A stretch of DNA of 61,477 nucleotides, counting the filler, from Porpidia crustulata (Eukaryota): NCBI GenBank assembly GCA_964255105.1. It is 8 parts of 8 records of this genome, joined end to end, with 100 filler letters (N's around TTAATTAATTAA, not from the genome) between each part and the next. Parts side by side here need not be neighbours in the genome. Positions count along the whole stretch, not along the records: positions 23,118 to 30,717 come from CAXUWE010001282.1; positions 30,818 to 38,416 come from CAXUWE010001283.1; 6 more parts are not named here. One strand, 5' to 3'. The notes under the pieces are model-generated. The model made no database searches. It was not told where the DNA came from and worked only from the letters and a program-made list of their open reading frames with translations. Below, piece by piece: positions 25,357-37,873 of this stretch. A program made the position numbers and the translations under genes. The first letter of the stretch is position 1; each line of letters opens with the position of its first letter.

Positions 25357-26885
25357 ATGTTCAGAAAGCTTCGGAGCCAGTTCGAGCACCTAGTGAGCAT
25401 GGACGCACTTCACATACCAACAGCTGGTGAGCTTTCTTTCTTTATGTTTCTTAATGTGTTTCATCAGGTGAAAACAAATATTGGAATATGACTTGTGGCT
25501 TATGTCTGTTTAGATGACGCTACTACTATGCCGGACCAAAACTACACTGAGCCAAGTCAGTTGATTCATTCAGGATCACCCAGCATGGACGTGCTCACCC
25601 AAGCGAAGTCTGAGCAGCTCAGTGACGAACCTCGGGTGAAAGTTGAGGATGACGAAACGATACCTATCAGCGATTCAGAGGCATTTGGACCAATTCAACA
25701 AGCCAAAGTGAGAAAGTCGTTGGATGCAGCCACATTGGAGGGGACCTACGATGGCGAGGTCTCTCTGCATATACCCATCCGCGAGCTCTCACAAAACCCC
25801 GCAAAAATTATGAAGGTCCTGCAAGAAAAAGAGGACATCTCAAGAGAATGTGAAAAGGCTGCTATACAGAATATTGAAGCACAAAAGAACTTTAAAAGTC
25901 TTGAAAGCAATTATAATCACCTGGCTGAGCGGAATTCCAGGGCCGAGGATAAGGTGCACGAATGCAGCCTGTGACTCCAATTTCTGACACGGAGATTGTG
26001 GGTGACTTTGACTCTCTTTCTCAGCATATCCATAACTGGGTAGAGGTGGAACTCAGCGAGTTTGAAGAAACACATCCCAAGACTGAAATTGAGGATTTCT
26101 TTTCCAATGGAGGAAACTCAGATGCAGCGAGACTTCTAAAAGAGCATTCAAGCTTCGGAGAATATCTGGTGAGGTATGAAATTTACCGTATTCTTCAAGA
26201 GCAGATGCTTGGAGATGAAATTTATCTTTTGGGGCTGAAGGAGGAATATAAAGACACCCTTGAGATTGCTGAAAAAAGTATGCTACAACTCAAGCCACAT
26301 CGAGGTGTGTAATCCCGTGAGCCTCCTGTAGTGATATAAGTAAAGTGCTGACATTGCATAGATGTCGCAACCATTAACGCGTGGCGTTCGGAAACGCTGA
26401 AGTCATTTGCGTCCACCTGCAAGGAACAGCAAATCCGAGAAATCAATACATATCTCTTTAGATCACTGTCCAAAATTTTCCCGGCCATCAAAGGAAATCA
26501 AGGGAGTAAGTCAAGACTTCTCGAGCAAATTTCGACACCGGCAGGCGAACTAGCAGTCAAGATCCAACTTGCGACGACTACCTACAAGGTTTACCCTGAG
26601 CTACCGCAAAATCCATTTGAAGGCTACCGTACCAATCTCAAAAAGAGCGAACTTCCGGATGGCACATTTGTTGATATCGATTCAAGGAAGACCTTAAAGG
26701 CAAACAGTGCGTTATTGGCTGGTATTGATGGTAAAATAGGTGGCATTGTGATGCTCTCAGAGCCTTCCTTGGTACGTGTGGATGGAGGTTCTACTGTGGT
26801 GGAGTTGCGCAAGAAAGTCTATTTGGCAGTGCTTCACCAAGCAACCAACAAGCGCAAGCGAGGTAGACCAGGATTATCAGGATGA
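25357..26885 (+). pseudogene. Coiled-coil hypothetical protein, divergent from the Hsp70-like gene; frameshifted near 25955-25962
   Basis: Exons 25357-25426, 25514-26304 and 26362-26885 with canonical introns. The coding frame switches at ...DKVH / MQPVTPISDTEI..., where no plausible intron fits. Confidence 0.7.
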
Positions 26886-27950
26886 GTCTCAGCGGTATAG
26901 ATCATCCTGGAGATTACCTGCTCCGCGCACGACTGATACTTTGCCATTATTTCTACCGAATTCGAGGCCTCGGAAGCATATTGTAGCTTCTAGAAACATT
27001 GCGGGAGGCGCCGGCGGTCAAGCCGCTATCACGTTTCGAATTTTTCTCGATGTGGTTTTTTAAAATAGCAGGCGCTGTTCTGCGCCCTAGATAATAACAG
27101 CACTTGAAGTCCTAACAGTTGAATGATATGAAAAGATGTGACGAAGCCAGTGATGACACATAGTTCTCCAGCTAACAGTTCTCTGCTCCAGATGTTCAGG
27201 AAGAGACTTGACGAAATTAGCCTCCATTACTCGAGGACCTTTCTGTTCTTGGTCTTCTCGTGACTGACTTCCTTGCACTTCCAGGTGGCGTTTGAAATTG
27301 TTCGCGTTCGGAATAAAATAGACAGGTTGCTGACAGATTCCAAGTACGAGGTATGCATCATTTTCAAGAGTCTCAGTAAACATTCTTCTTCATGGAATTC
27401 ATCTGTCTTGAACAAGTTTCTGGACCGGGAGCAGTCAAACATTTCAAGATGAATTGTCGAATCTCAAATCTCGCCACGTTTGCTTGACAATCCATTGCGA
27501 TTCTTCGAGATTCACGTTCTATGAGCATAACACTTGGAATATCAAGATATTTTAGTAATCCTTTTTCAGACTACTAAAAGTCGCAACTGGCCATTTCATC
27601 TTCGTCCACGTGACTTCCACAATCAACGCCGAAATTTTTGGCAGCGACTTTTCTGTAGGACCACTGAGAATCTGGGGCGTCATAATTCCATTAGATCACT
27701 GGGTACGTTTAAACCCTATTTGCGTCGTTGTTGGAACTGATACCACACATGCGACATGCGCGTTTGACAAGTCATGATATCTCCGCTCGACGCGACTCAG
27801 CCCGTTATGCGCACTACCTCCATGCGTATATATGCCCAGCAGTCCACTTTTTCGTTAGTATATAGCCACACATAGGGCTACCCAGAATGTGCGGTGAATG
27901 ATGCTTTGGGGCGAATCATGGTCTAGCTGAGATTCGATCCGGTACTCACG

Positions 27951-28511
27951 ATGATTGGAATTATACTATACGGGTGTCTCCTCGCCCTTTCGATTCCGTC
28001 ACTCGGGGAATCGCAAAATCTCAATGGCGCACTCTCGACCTCCCCTGCTCTCAACGACTCTGTCCTTGCCGAATCGTCACCGTTCGAGGTCCCGAGCAAC
28101 TCAAATTCCATCCCGAACGGCAGCCAGATCGCATGCTTTGTTCATCCTACCCCGCCAGCGCCTGAACGCTTTCGCTCGGTGACAACATCGTCCTGTAACT
28201 CTGTAATCGCCAATATTCTCATGGACCCTGGGGCTATGGCTATCATCAAGTGGAAAATGGATACAGTCCCACGAACGTGGATATCGGACGGTTGCTCTGT
28301 GACCATCAACACGCAGGATCCAAGGGCGGAGGACATTTTCCAGATAGCACTAATCGCGCGAACTGCGGCGTTTGTGGTTAAGGAATGTGTGACGGATTGG
28401 GAAGGGGTGAAACTTGGGGGCAAAGTATTCATGGGATTGAAGCACAACTTCAACCTGACAGTCATCGGGACTAGGATTTCCAGTGCAGTGGATAATAGCG
28501 CCACATCTTAA
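27951..28511 (+). CDS. Small secreted Cys-containing protein (186 aa)
   Basis: Hydrophobic N-terminal signal-like segment MIGIILYGCLLALSIPSLG, four Cys in the mature region, NxS/T sequons, single exon. Confidence 0.75.
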   Translation: MIGIILYGCLLALSIPSLGESQNLNGALSTSPALNDSVLAESSPFEVPSNSNSIPNGSQIACFVHPTPPAPERFRSVTTSSCNSVIANILMDPGAMAIIKWKMDTVPRTWISDGCSVTINTQDPRAEDIFQIALIARTAAFVVKECVTDWEGVKLGGKVFMGLKHNFNLTVIGTRISSAVDNSATS

Positions 28512-29564
28512 TTCCAAAGCGATGATTGCTTGTCAGGGCTTCTGGGCAATTGCATTCAAATTGTGCGATGGCTCGAAAGGAGGCGGAAAGCGAAATCAGA
28601 TTAGGGTTTCGACCCTGGCGCACAATTATATCATCGTACACTCGGATCGTCCTAATCTCTCATATGAAGATGAACCACAATGTTGTCCTGATGTTCCTTT
28701 CATGTCTGGTACAGACAAGCCAGACAATGGCTGCATATCCCGAAATGAATGCTCGATTAGAACGCCATCAGTTGGACCGGATCGAACGTTTGATCGGCAC
28801 CGCACTCATCCAGCAGCGGCGAAATTAACATTTCGAGCATAAGCGTTTACGCCGAGACCCAGGCAATGGCCGGCTCGTCGGTAAGGTACATGATCCTCAG
28901 CCAGGGTATGGGGTTTCCGCCAGTGTTTCGAATAAAGTGACGGGCAAGGTGATCAAATCACGCGCATGAAGATGAATGGAGGACGAGAGCGTGGACGCAG
29001 GACCCGCTGTCAATCCAATGAAGTGGCATGCAACACATACATATGCAGCTACTTCGGAGCAGGATAGGCAATGGCCAGCCATAGAGAGCGTGACACGAGC
29101 GGACCCAACCCACCCACATATGCAAGTATTCGAAGTGGGACGGAGGGAGGGAACACGGTAATGGGAAGAATCCCAGCAACGTGTCAACTGGAATCTCCTC
29201 TTGCGGGCGACCTGCAGGTTCACACTGTCAAGGGTGTCGAGGAGATTGTTGGGTCCCAACTGCAATTCCGATTTGCGGGTTTCATCATAGTTCATCGAAT
29301 TTTGTAACACGAGTAGACTGAATATACGTGTGTATATCACCGACGAAATCGATATGACTATGGGAGGAGAAGAGAAGGTGAAGAGTGGAGGGATAGAGAA
29401 GTGGGAGTGGAAAGACGGAGAGTCGGAGGAATGAATCCGAGAGACCAATAGGAATCAACGGAGAGAAGTAGAGTTAGTCTTGATGAGGTATAGTGGCCGG
29501 GATCCAGTCCCATCACCTCGGTAAACGCTTGCAGGGGGGATCTCCGCCATCCTTCATCCCCATC

Positions 29565-29680
29565 CACACACACTCTCACACACATACTCTCACACACACA
29601 TTCTCACACCCACACTCTCACACACACTCCCTCTCTCTTCTACATACTTCCACACACCCACATTTCCACACTCCCCACAC
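29565..29680. repeat. Imperfect (CA)n/(CACT)-type microsatellite in the velB upstream region
   Basis: The tract cacacacactctcacacacatactctcacacacaca... is directly visible. Confidence 0.85.
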
Positions 29681-30011
29681 TATCGTCATATTATTATTGC
29701 ATATGATATAAATCTCAATTCTCCAACTTGTACATACGCGGTGGCCAAAATTGATTTCAGTTGGAGCCATTTACTGCTGATATCCATTACATATATCCTA
29801 CACTGTACCCAGCTTCAGTCCCACCTTTCATAGTCTGCCCATATTTTACAGAACACGCACCTTCCACACTGGTAATCAGATGAATGGCTCCCTGTGATCA
29901 CCTTTGCGTCACCCTTGAGACTACCATTGTTGATCGAAGGTAGCTCTTTCCTAGACCTTGATCGCCAAGGCAGGACACCGAGGAAATTGCTTCGAGGTAG
30001 TCGCTTCTACA

Positions 30012-30717
30012 ATGTACATCGCTCAACATCAAACCATGCCGGCTCCACATATCATAGACTCCCCTCAAGATCGAAAAATGCCCTTATTTACTCCTTCGTC
30101 GACATCGTCGGCTACAACTGGTCTGCCAAGTCTGCCGAGATCTCCGCAAGAGCCGAAATCGACGAGCACAATAGAAGCTGGCAGGATATACAGGTTGGCC
30201 ACGAGTATTGTGGAACAAAGCCCGAGGAGCTGAGACCTTGTATAGCCTAGATGTGATCCAGCAACCGATACGCGCGCGAATGTGTGGATTTGGAGACAAG
30301 GTACGCTGTGGAAGAAGACCCGACCCTAATAATTTGGCTGAGACATGACCGGCAATCTGCAGGACAGACGGCCCATAACGCCACCGCCGTGTATTAGACT
30401 GGTCGTGCGGGATGCTACCACTCATGCCGAACTGGACATCAAGTCAGTCTTTTCCACTTCACCGATCACTGCACTTGCAAAGACTGGCTTTAGACGCGAG
30501 GTCCCGGTCTTGTGCTTTGAAGCTGACGTGATGCCTGTGTAGCGAGATCGACACCTCTTACTACATTCTCACCGTAGATCTATGGTCAGGAGATGGCTCC
30601 CGCGAAGTTAATTTGGTGCGTCACTCCGCCAACTCGCCCTCCATATCCGCCGCAACCTCTACCTCCTATCCTCCCCCGCCGCCTACGCCCCCCTCGTACT
30701 ACCCTACACCCTTGAAC
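30012..30717 (+). CDS. velB: Velvet-family regulator VelB, 5' part (exons 30012-30193, 30246-30300, 30363-30442, 30543-end)
   Basis: Spliced sequence [35 protein letters not shown]...VDLWS...VNLVRHSANSPSIS is characteristic of the N-terminal half of the split VelB velvet domain. Confidence 0.92.
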
Positions 30718-30817
30718 NNNNNNNNNNNNNNNNNNNNNNNNNNNNNNNNNNNNNNNNNNNNTTAATTAATTAANNNNNNNNNNNNNNNNNNNNNNNNNNN
30801 NNNNNNNNNNNNNNNNN
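30718..30817. other. Artificial contig-joining spacer
   Basis: N44-TTAATTAATTAA-N44. Confidence 0.99.
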
Positions 30818-31624
30818 GGCGGGTGCTGTTCTAAATTTGGGAGCGGGGGAAAGAGGTGAAGCGATTAGATGCTTCGCTGTTTGGCTGTTGAGTCGACGAT
30901 ATCAAATAAAAAATCAGTCACCGGACCCTTACGCAAACCACTACGCAGTTGCCGGCCAAAGAGATCTAAACAAGCATCTCGAGCCAAACTTGTACCTATG
31001 TCTGTCTACTTCCCCTCATACCTCTTCCCATCCTCTCAACCTATCGTTCACAAAATCCACCCTCCGATATCCATCTTATTTGTCCTATCATAGCAATAAC
31101 AGCACAACCTTGCAAGCAACAAAATAGAACAAAAGCCCTGTTGACGAGTTGCCTCCCGAAATCCCGGAAACGCCTTCGCTCCCTAAAAGATGTGACTGTA
31201 GGACTTTTCCCAAACCGCCACCCCCCGAGGATCCCTAAAGGAGAGTCAAAAAAGCCGGAGCCAGGACCGACCGAATTGCTGGTGAGCAAATACAAGAAGA
31301 TCTATGAGCGGAGGTATTCCCTCGCGCCGGAAAAGCATAGGCGCCAGAATGCTGAAATGTCGAAATGCCGCCAAATGGTGCGAGAAATAGAACCGTCGTC
31401 CATAATGGTCGTGTTCAAAGTATGATCAATCATGTATTGTGACCTCCAGTCCCATATTCGTGGAACGAAGTTTTTCTGCGAAATCGCTGGTCAATCTCTC
31501 AATTCGTGTTCAACTTGAAGTCGGTAGAGGACCTAAACAATGTCCTCCATGAATGTGGGTTGTAGAATGGCAGAAGCCAGTAGCCCAAGAATATGTCCAG
31601 GATGCCTCGATACTTGATAACTCC

Positions 31625-33976
31625 TCATCCGCGTATAGCAGCGGGTGCGTGTATTTCCGGGAAAAAAGCGTTTTGCATTGACTGATTGTACGGGTAGCCG
31701 AATGAAATCGGCGAAGAAGTCCTGGACCCCATGGCAGATCCCATTGCAGGCGAGGACGCTCTTGACACACGCGGTGTCACAACTTTGGATGCTGGCCTGC
31801 TCTCTTCTCGAGGTGGCAAGGTTTGTGGAGGCGAAGAATTCTGCAATTCAGGAGCCTTGACTAATTCAGGCTCAACCTTGGCTTTTGCACTGCCAGCGCT
31901 CTCGGCATGACCTTGAATCGATTTACTAGGCGGTGAAGTAGCCTTGGTGGATCCAAACTGCCGTAAAGGTTAGCGAACTGCTTCCTGGGTTCCTTTGTCG
32001 GCTCTGGTACGTACAAAACAGTATTTATCCAGGAGCTCACTGTAGGAAGATGACTGGATGGCGGGTTTTTCCGCAACCAAGGCCACTGGTTTGCAGGGAT
32101 CGGACTTTGTCTCCGGACCCTTTGCTGGCTTTTCTGCCCCAGATCTCGTACTGCCTTCCCCATCCGCACTCCCAGCTCCTTCTGCTTTTGTATTGCGCTT
32201 TGTAGAAGCCGAGCTGACTTCTTCTCGCATCTGAAACCCACCGCGGTCCGTGGGCACGCTGCCGGCTGCGTTCATCGCTGCCGACAAGGAAGCACCGAAA
32301 TCATATCGGTTTCCAAATGCTTGGCCCGCAGCGTTGGTCCGTGTACCTGGATGATCCGGAACAATATCGCGAGTCGCTTTCGAATTCCGGAAGCGGATCG
32401 GAGAATCGCCAATTACTTGAGCCGGAGGTTGTGGGAAAGAGTAAATTTCGGACGGAGATGCGAATCCATGGCTGAAGTCGTCGGCCGAGATCGGCATACT
32501 ACGGGGCCGGCCAGATGGCAGAGATAATGCTGCTTTACTCCGAAGGGCCGCTTGGCCGTGAGACTTTTCATTCTTGGAAAAATCAACCTGGTAATTGATT
32601 GAGTTGTTGTTGTCCCAGTACTCTTGCCCATCGACATTATATCGAACGCAAAAGAATAGCGTCTTGTTCTCCAAGTTATTCTGGTCGTCGAGTTTGATGT
32701 TGAAGACGAATGGATCATATCCTTCGTCAGTGTACTTCCTTCGAACATCATTGTTGAAATCGGCGACTACTTCCGACGTTGTCTTCCAGTAGTCGAGGGT
32801 GAAACGCGCTACCACGAATTTGTGGAATGCAACATTCCGAACGGCTATTGCACCCATCAAACTTTTCTTATTTGCGGACAGAAATACTCTCTCCACTCTG
32901 ACTGCCGCACACTTCCTTTCGAGAGTGTCAGAAGGAAAATTTGTCAGACGAATCTCCCACTCGACATCTGGAGTGTTGGTCTGGCGATGGAATGGAAATT
33001 CTGTATCGTCTTCTTGAGAATCTACCGGTGACGTTCCAGCACTCACGGCGAGCGGTCGATCCACCTGTAAGAAATGACGAACATGCTCAAGGCGCGAGTC
33101 AAAATGGACTGCTTTCCCATACGTTGGTGTGCCTGGCATACTGGACGGCCTTCGCCTCATGGAAGAACCTCGAAGGGCAGGCCTGACCAATTCGCCAGAT
33201 TTTTTGCGGACCATGGCGGGCTTCTCCCGAAGATCGCCCTCGTCGCCCTCATCGGTTTCGCTTTCAGACGTGCTGTGAGTGGGGAAGTCGAACTTGTTCC
33301 GTGGAAAATCCAAAAAGGCGCTTCCCTCGGTATTGGATCTTGAGTGCGATACTTTCCGAGCTCCCTCAGACAAAGGAGAATGTGGCGAGAGTGTGGCTTG
33401 CTCTGTGTTATCATTTCCGGGAACATTTAAACGAAGAACGTTATGGCCTGAAGCCAAAATGTGTTTCTTTGTCTCGTCGCTTATTCCGTTTGGAGAGCAC
33501 ATCCGACGTTGTTTGATGGCCTCAATAGCTGCTTGCAGCTCTGCCAGGTTCTTCAGATCGCGTACTCTGCCTCTCCTTCTGTTGTCATCGTCGTCGCTTG
33601 AGTTCTGATTTGATTCGGGAGGCGAATCGGCCCACCGAGTGTTATTAGCTGACCGTTGCCCAGAAGGGTTGCGGGTATGTTCGTTCGTGCTTGATTGGTC
33701 GATGACATCCTCTAGAGAAGTATCGTTAGCTGGCGAAGTATCAGGTGTAGGGTTGCCCGTGGTGAACGTGGTTGCCTTTGGTGAGCTAGGACTTCGGCGG
33801 TGTTTGTGCAGATAGGACGCAGACGACACAGATCGTGGCAGACCAGGTCTCGAAACATGGTCTTTTGCTGTCCTTTCATGTTGGTGGCCTTTGTTATGAG
33901 AGTGAGAAGGACTAAGAGCAGGTGACGCGGATTTTGAAGTAGTGGGGGAGCGTGCAGCTGGTGGAGTGTACGGCAT
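31625..33976 (-). CDS. GAC1: Protein phosphatase 1 glycogen-targeting regulatory subunit (CBM21 domain), 2 exons (33976-32015, 31957-31625)
   Basis: RKKSGELVRPAL, RVxF-type motif KAVHF, and CBM21 signature VRNVAFHKFVVARFTLDYWKT...FCVRYNVDGQEYWDNN. Confidence 0.88.
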
Positions 33977-36900
33977 CCGGCCGGTGATCAGGCGGTAAGG
34001 TAGCAAGGTAAGTATGATGATAGTCGAGGGCGGTTGTCGTTAAGAGGGCTGGACGAGCTCTTTATTCGAGATACTCTGATTATTGCTAAGACGACACAAC
34101 TGGATCCTTCAGATTGGGAACACGTCAGTAACCAGACATGCGGCAGTGCAGGAGTTGGAAATTTAGAGGCAAGGTGAAACATTTAGGACATTCATCTTGT
34201 TCCAAGCCCAACTTACAATCAAGATGCCCAGTGAAGGGTTCGTCGACAGACGACTCGATCGAAAGCTCTTTGAGCCTGTATGGGGGAGATGGCAAGCAGC
34301 TTCCACTCATCCAAAGTTATTGTAGACTGGACCCGTGCAAGTTGTAAATGACTCTTAGATTACGAAATTTTGCAAGGTGAATGTCAAGTCAAAAGTTTTT
34401 CCACTATTGTCCACGAGGAAGCGGCTGGCTCGCTAAAAAAACAACAAAGCTTCACTCGAGGATTACAAGCATTAAACAAACCCTGAGGGAGCACTGATAA
34501 AAAGAAATTACCCCAGGTCATCGGTCGATAGGAAAAGGTGATCAGGAAACAGGACAGACAGCGGTGGGTTGTGGAGAGAGACTGGAGGATTCGGTAGGGT
34601 AAAGTAGGATGAGGACGCAATTAGCGTTTCGGAAATAATTATGGTGGGGGGGAGAAACTGGGCAGTTTAGGGAAGGCTCGGAAGGCAAGCGTTACCAAGC
34701 GTTACCAAGCGTTGGTTGTTGAAAGGCTTTGAAGTCTTTTTTCTCGCACCAGAGAGATAAACTAACAAAGATAGCTAGACGGCTTCCCCTCCACGGCCCA
34801 CTATTGATTATGTACATTCAGCATGAAGTGTGTAGGAAACCTTTGGATCTACGAGTACACCATCAATACCATTGGTTTTGTTGAGCGACTTGATATCTTG
34901 GACGTATGCACTATACATGGAATGATGAAGGAAGTAATCAAGGTGGCGGCAAAACCCTCGTTCAGCCCTTTCGCTCCAATTGTCGTTCATCAATCCTTTG
35001 TTCGACAAGCCCAACAGATAGCGGAAGGGTTGCCGTGGGCCAGTAGGATCTCAAAGGTTGGCCTTTTATCTCACGCAAGGATGGCATTTAGTTTGCTAGT
35101 TATAGACCAAGAGGGCACGACCACGGTACTAGGGTACTAGTCCTTACTGTCTTTGGCTACCTTATCAGCGGCGAACGTTGATGCCGGCACTGACCAAGCC
35201 ACTTATCGAGGGATTGAGGGGTATTCATTGGGTTGATGTATAGTAACAGAGTCGCGCAAGTCAACAAATTCGATCAACACTACAATTTAACGATCGCGAT
35301 TGATATGAAAATGCGAATTTGCAGCACAGGCCGCATGCAAAACTGTTTGGTACCGATGCGAGTACATACTTCTTTATCTGATATAATCCAGGCGATGACC
35401 GTGTCTCGGCGCATGCAACCGTCGACGTTCTATGCTGGATAGGTGCCTTGTAGATAGATAAACCATGCCATTATCTCTCTACAGCACTGCTTTCATCTTG
35501 TAGACAGGAGACTGTGGACAGGATGGCTCTACCTTGGGCAGGACTTGCACGTCGGAGTTCAGGAAGCAGGATTGAGTTTCACGCATTTAGCGGCTTAACG
35601 CCAAGCCTGCAAGACACATCTGGGGTAGGAGCTAAAACGTGTCCCAAACGCTGCAAGCAATCGCCTTATCTCATGCAATCAGGACGCGTTGCCAGACTGA
35701 GGCTATTCTAATAACATTACAGACATGATGTTTTGATAATTGTGGCTCGGAATGGCAAAAAAGTATCTGATTCACGCCGTTTCTTATGATCATGCAAAGT
35801 TGAGGTTGTATCCATCATTGCATGCGTGAATCGTAAGTATCGGTCAGAGGTTCCGCGTGGCTTCGATAAGCTCAAGTCCCTCAATGCCGGAGTGCTGACT
35901 GTGCTCTATACTTTGAGGGTTGACAGGCTAGAAGTTCTCTTCTGCTTTGTCTAGGCGGTCCCGTTGTCGATGACCGTACACGTCTGTCAACAGCCTAGTT
36001 CTCGTCTTCACATATTCCCCGGTACGAAACCTGATCCTTTTTACCACTGGACTGGACCCCTAAGAAATGACTTTCTCCGAGGAAAGTTGAGAATCACAAA
36101 CAACGTTTATTTTCGCTGCACCTAGTTCTGGTGGAACAACCCTAAAGCAGCCAATGCGCCCGTAAAGCTCGCCATAGGTAGGTTTATGGTCAGTAATCAA
36201 TATATGGATCGACCCGAGATATCAAACCTCTACGCGGCCCCACACAACTCTATTAACGACAAGATACATGCTTAGTGAGTTAGTGTACTGTACAAGCTCC
36301 TCCAGGTTCCACACTAATATATATGGGGTGCAGACGCCTTCCCATCATAAGGTAGGCGATGAATCGTACGATATGGATCTCATGCATACTCTAATCAAAG
36401 TAGGCCATACCTAAGCTCCACATTATCACTCGATACCTTAAGTGGACCAGGTGCGGCACCTCCCAGACGTTTCAATTCAAGAGGTGTGCTGATCTCACAT
36501 GCTTGGCATCCAAACGATCCATAAAACTCCACGATCTAGGCGTGCGTTCTGAATCGCCTTAGTAAGGACCGCTCTTTAATTTTCATCATCACCATTAATG
36601 CATTTGGCTTCAACGCCGTGCTCTACTTGATCACCATGGGCGTACTGATTCGAGAGCATTGGCCTTACAGATCACTCTGCGGCGACATGTGAATGTCGTT
36701 TCAATCCCCTTGGATCCAGGCTTGCGGACCCACAAACTTGCAATTTCTCCTCAACGCTTCAGACTTAGGGAAGATGAAGAGCCGAATATCTAGCAGACAA
36801 CGACTGCGCCCAACGGAATGAGACACAGCGGGCCGCATGAATACTAGCATCCGGCGATGGATGGTGGCACGTCAAATACGAAGACACGGCCCTGGCTTAT

Positions 36901-37773
36901 TGTTATCCTCGACAAGATCTCCAGGGCCAGGCGGCGACAAGCGGTTCGGCTCACCTGTCAAAGGCCACACGCTTCTTGGATACTCGTTGAGCTACTACGG
37001 ATTGTGAGTGCAACGAAGCACGACAGTTGATGAGCGAGGTCTGAACCCTGCCTACAACAAATGTCAATGCGGATACGATATGCGAGTGGCATGAAAAAAC
37101 CGTTGACGACGTCGCAGTAACATCACAGAACAAGCGAGAGATCGGGATAATCGGGATGTGAGGCTTTTTGCCCTAGGGCTTGCCGCGCCTTAATCGTCGA
37201 TGGTCACACAACAGATTGTAACGCAACAAGGAGTAAGCATACGCGTGCCTTAGCCCCAATGGTATCATCAGTCTGCGGAATATTGTTCTCCATTCAAGGC
37301 GCCAAACTAGAGCATGTTATCATCGACTCCTTTTGTCTGTGTATCTGTGGACCCCTTCCGAGTAGCGAGATCTGCCATCTATTTTCGATGTTGCAAGCGC
37401 TGTAAAAGTTGTGGGGTACTAGGTAAAATACCATGATTATACCCTTGCGACGCCACCTGCGAGCTTAAGCAAGCCACTAAGGCATTCCCGCCCGAGCGTT
37501 TCGCCTCAAATAAAAATCTGCAAATGCCGAGTCTTTCCAGGATGGCTGCTGCTATGCATCAGCGCCGTTGATTCGGAAATTCCGTATGCAATTGAACTTG
37601 CGTTTGATCCGTGATGGTCTGAACGCTACTTCACGTGATTTTTTCAGATCCGTTGGATATACACCACGCTTTTGAAGAGGTTGTGTCGTAGATTTGCTTC
37701 GAAAAAATCGATGCTAGAGAATTTTTGAAGCATTCAAGAGAAGAAAATATTCCTGAGGCCATTTCAAGGGAAC

Positions 37774-37873
37774 CACTAACCGTACACCCCCTTTGCCTAC
37801 TCGTACACCCCCTTTTGCCTACTCATACACCTCCCCCATATGGAGTTTAGTGTCACCCATATGGGGCTTAGTG
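37774..37873 (+). repeat. Short direct-repeat cluster starting with CACTA; possible DNA transposon terminus
   Basis: CACTAAC followed by about 2.5 copies of CGTACACCCCCTTT(T)GCCTACT and 2 copies of CCCATATGGRGYTTAGTGT. Confidence 0.5.

Noticed and set aside
27087..27442. Short minus-strand ORFs between the Hsp70 partner and the secreted protein
   Set aside because: Non-ATG or weak starts, and no motif or splice structure that I could support.
34686..34713. Tandem CAAGCGTTAC x2.8 upstream of GAC1
   Set aside because: A small slippage-type duplication with no evidence of function.
36888..36928. GGCCCTGG...CCAGGGCC inverted repeat
   Set aside because: Only 8 bp with no TSD; compatible with chance.
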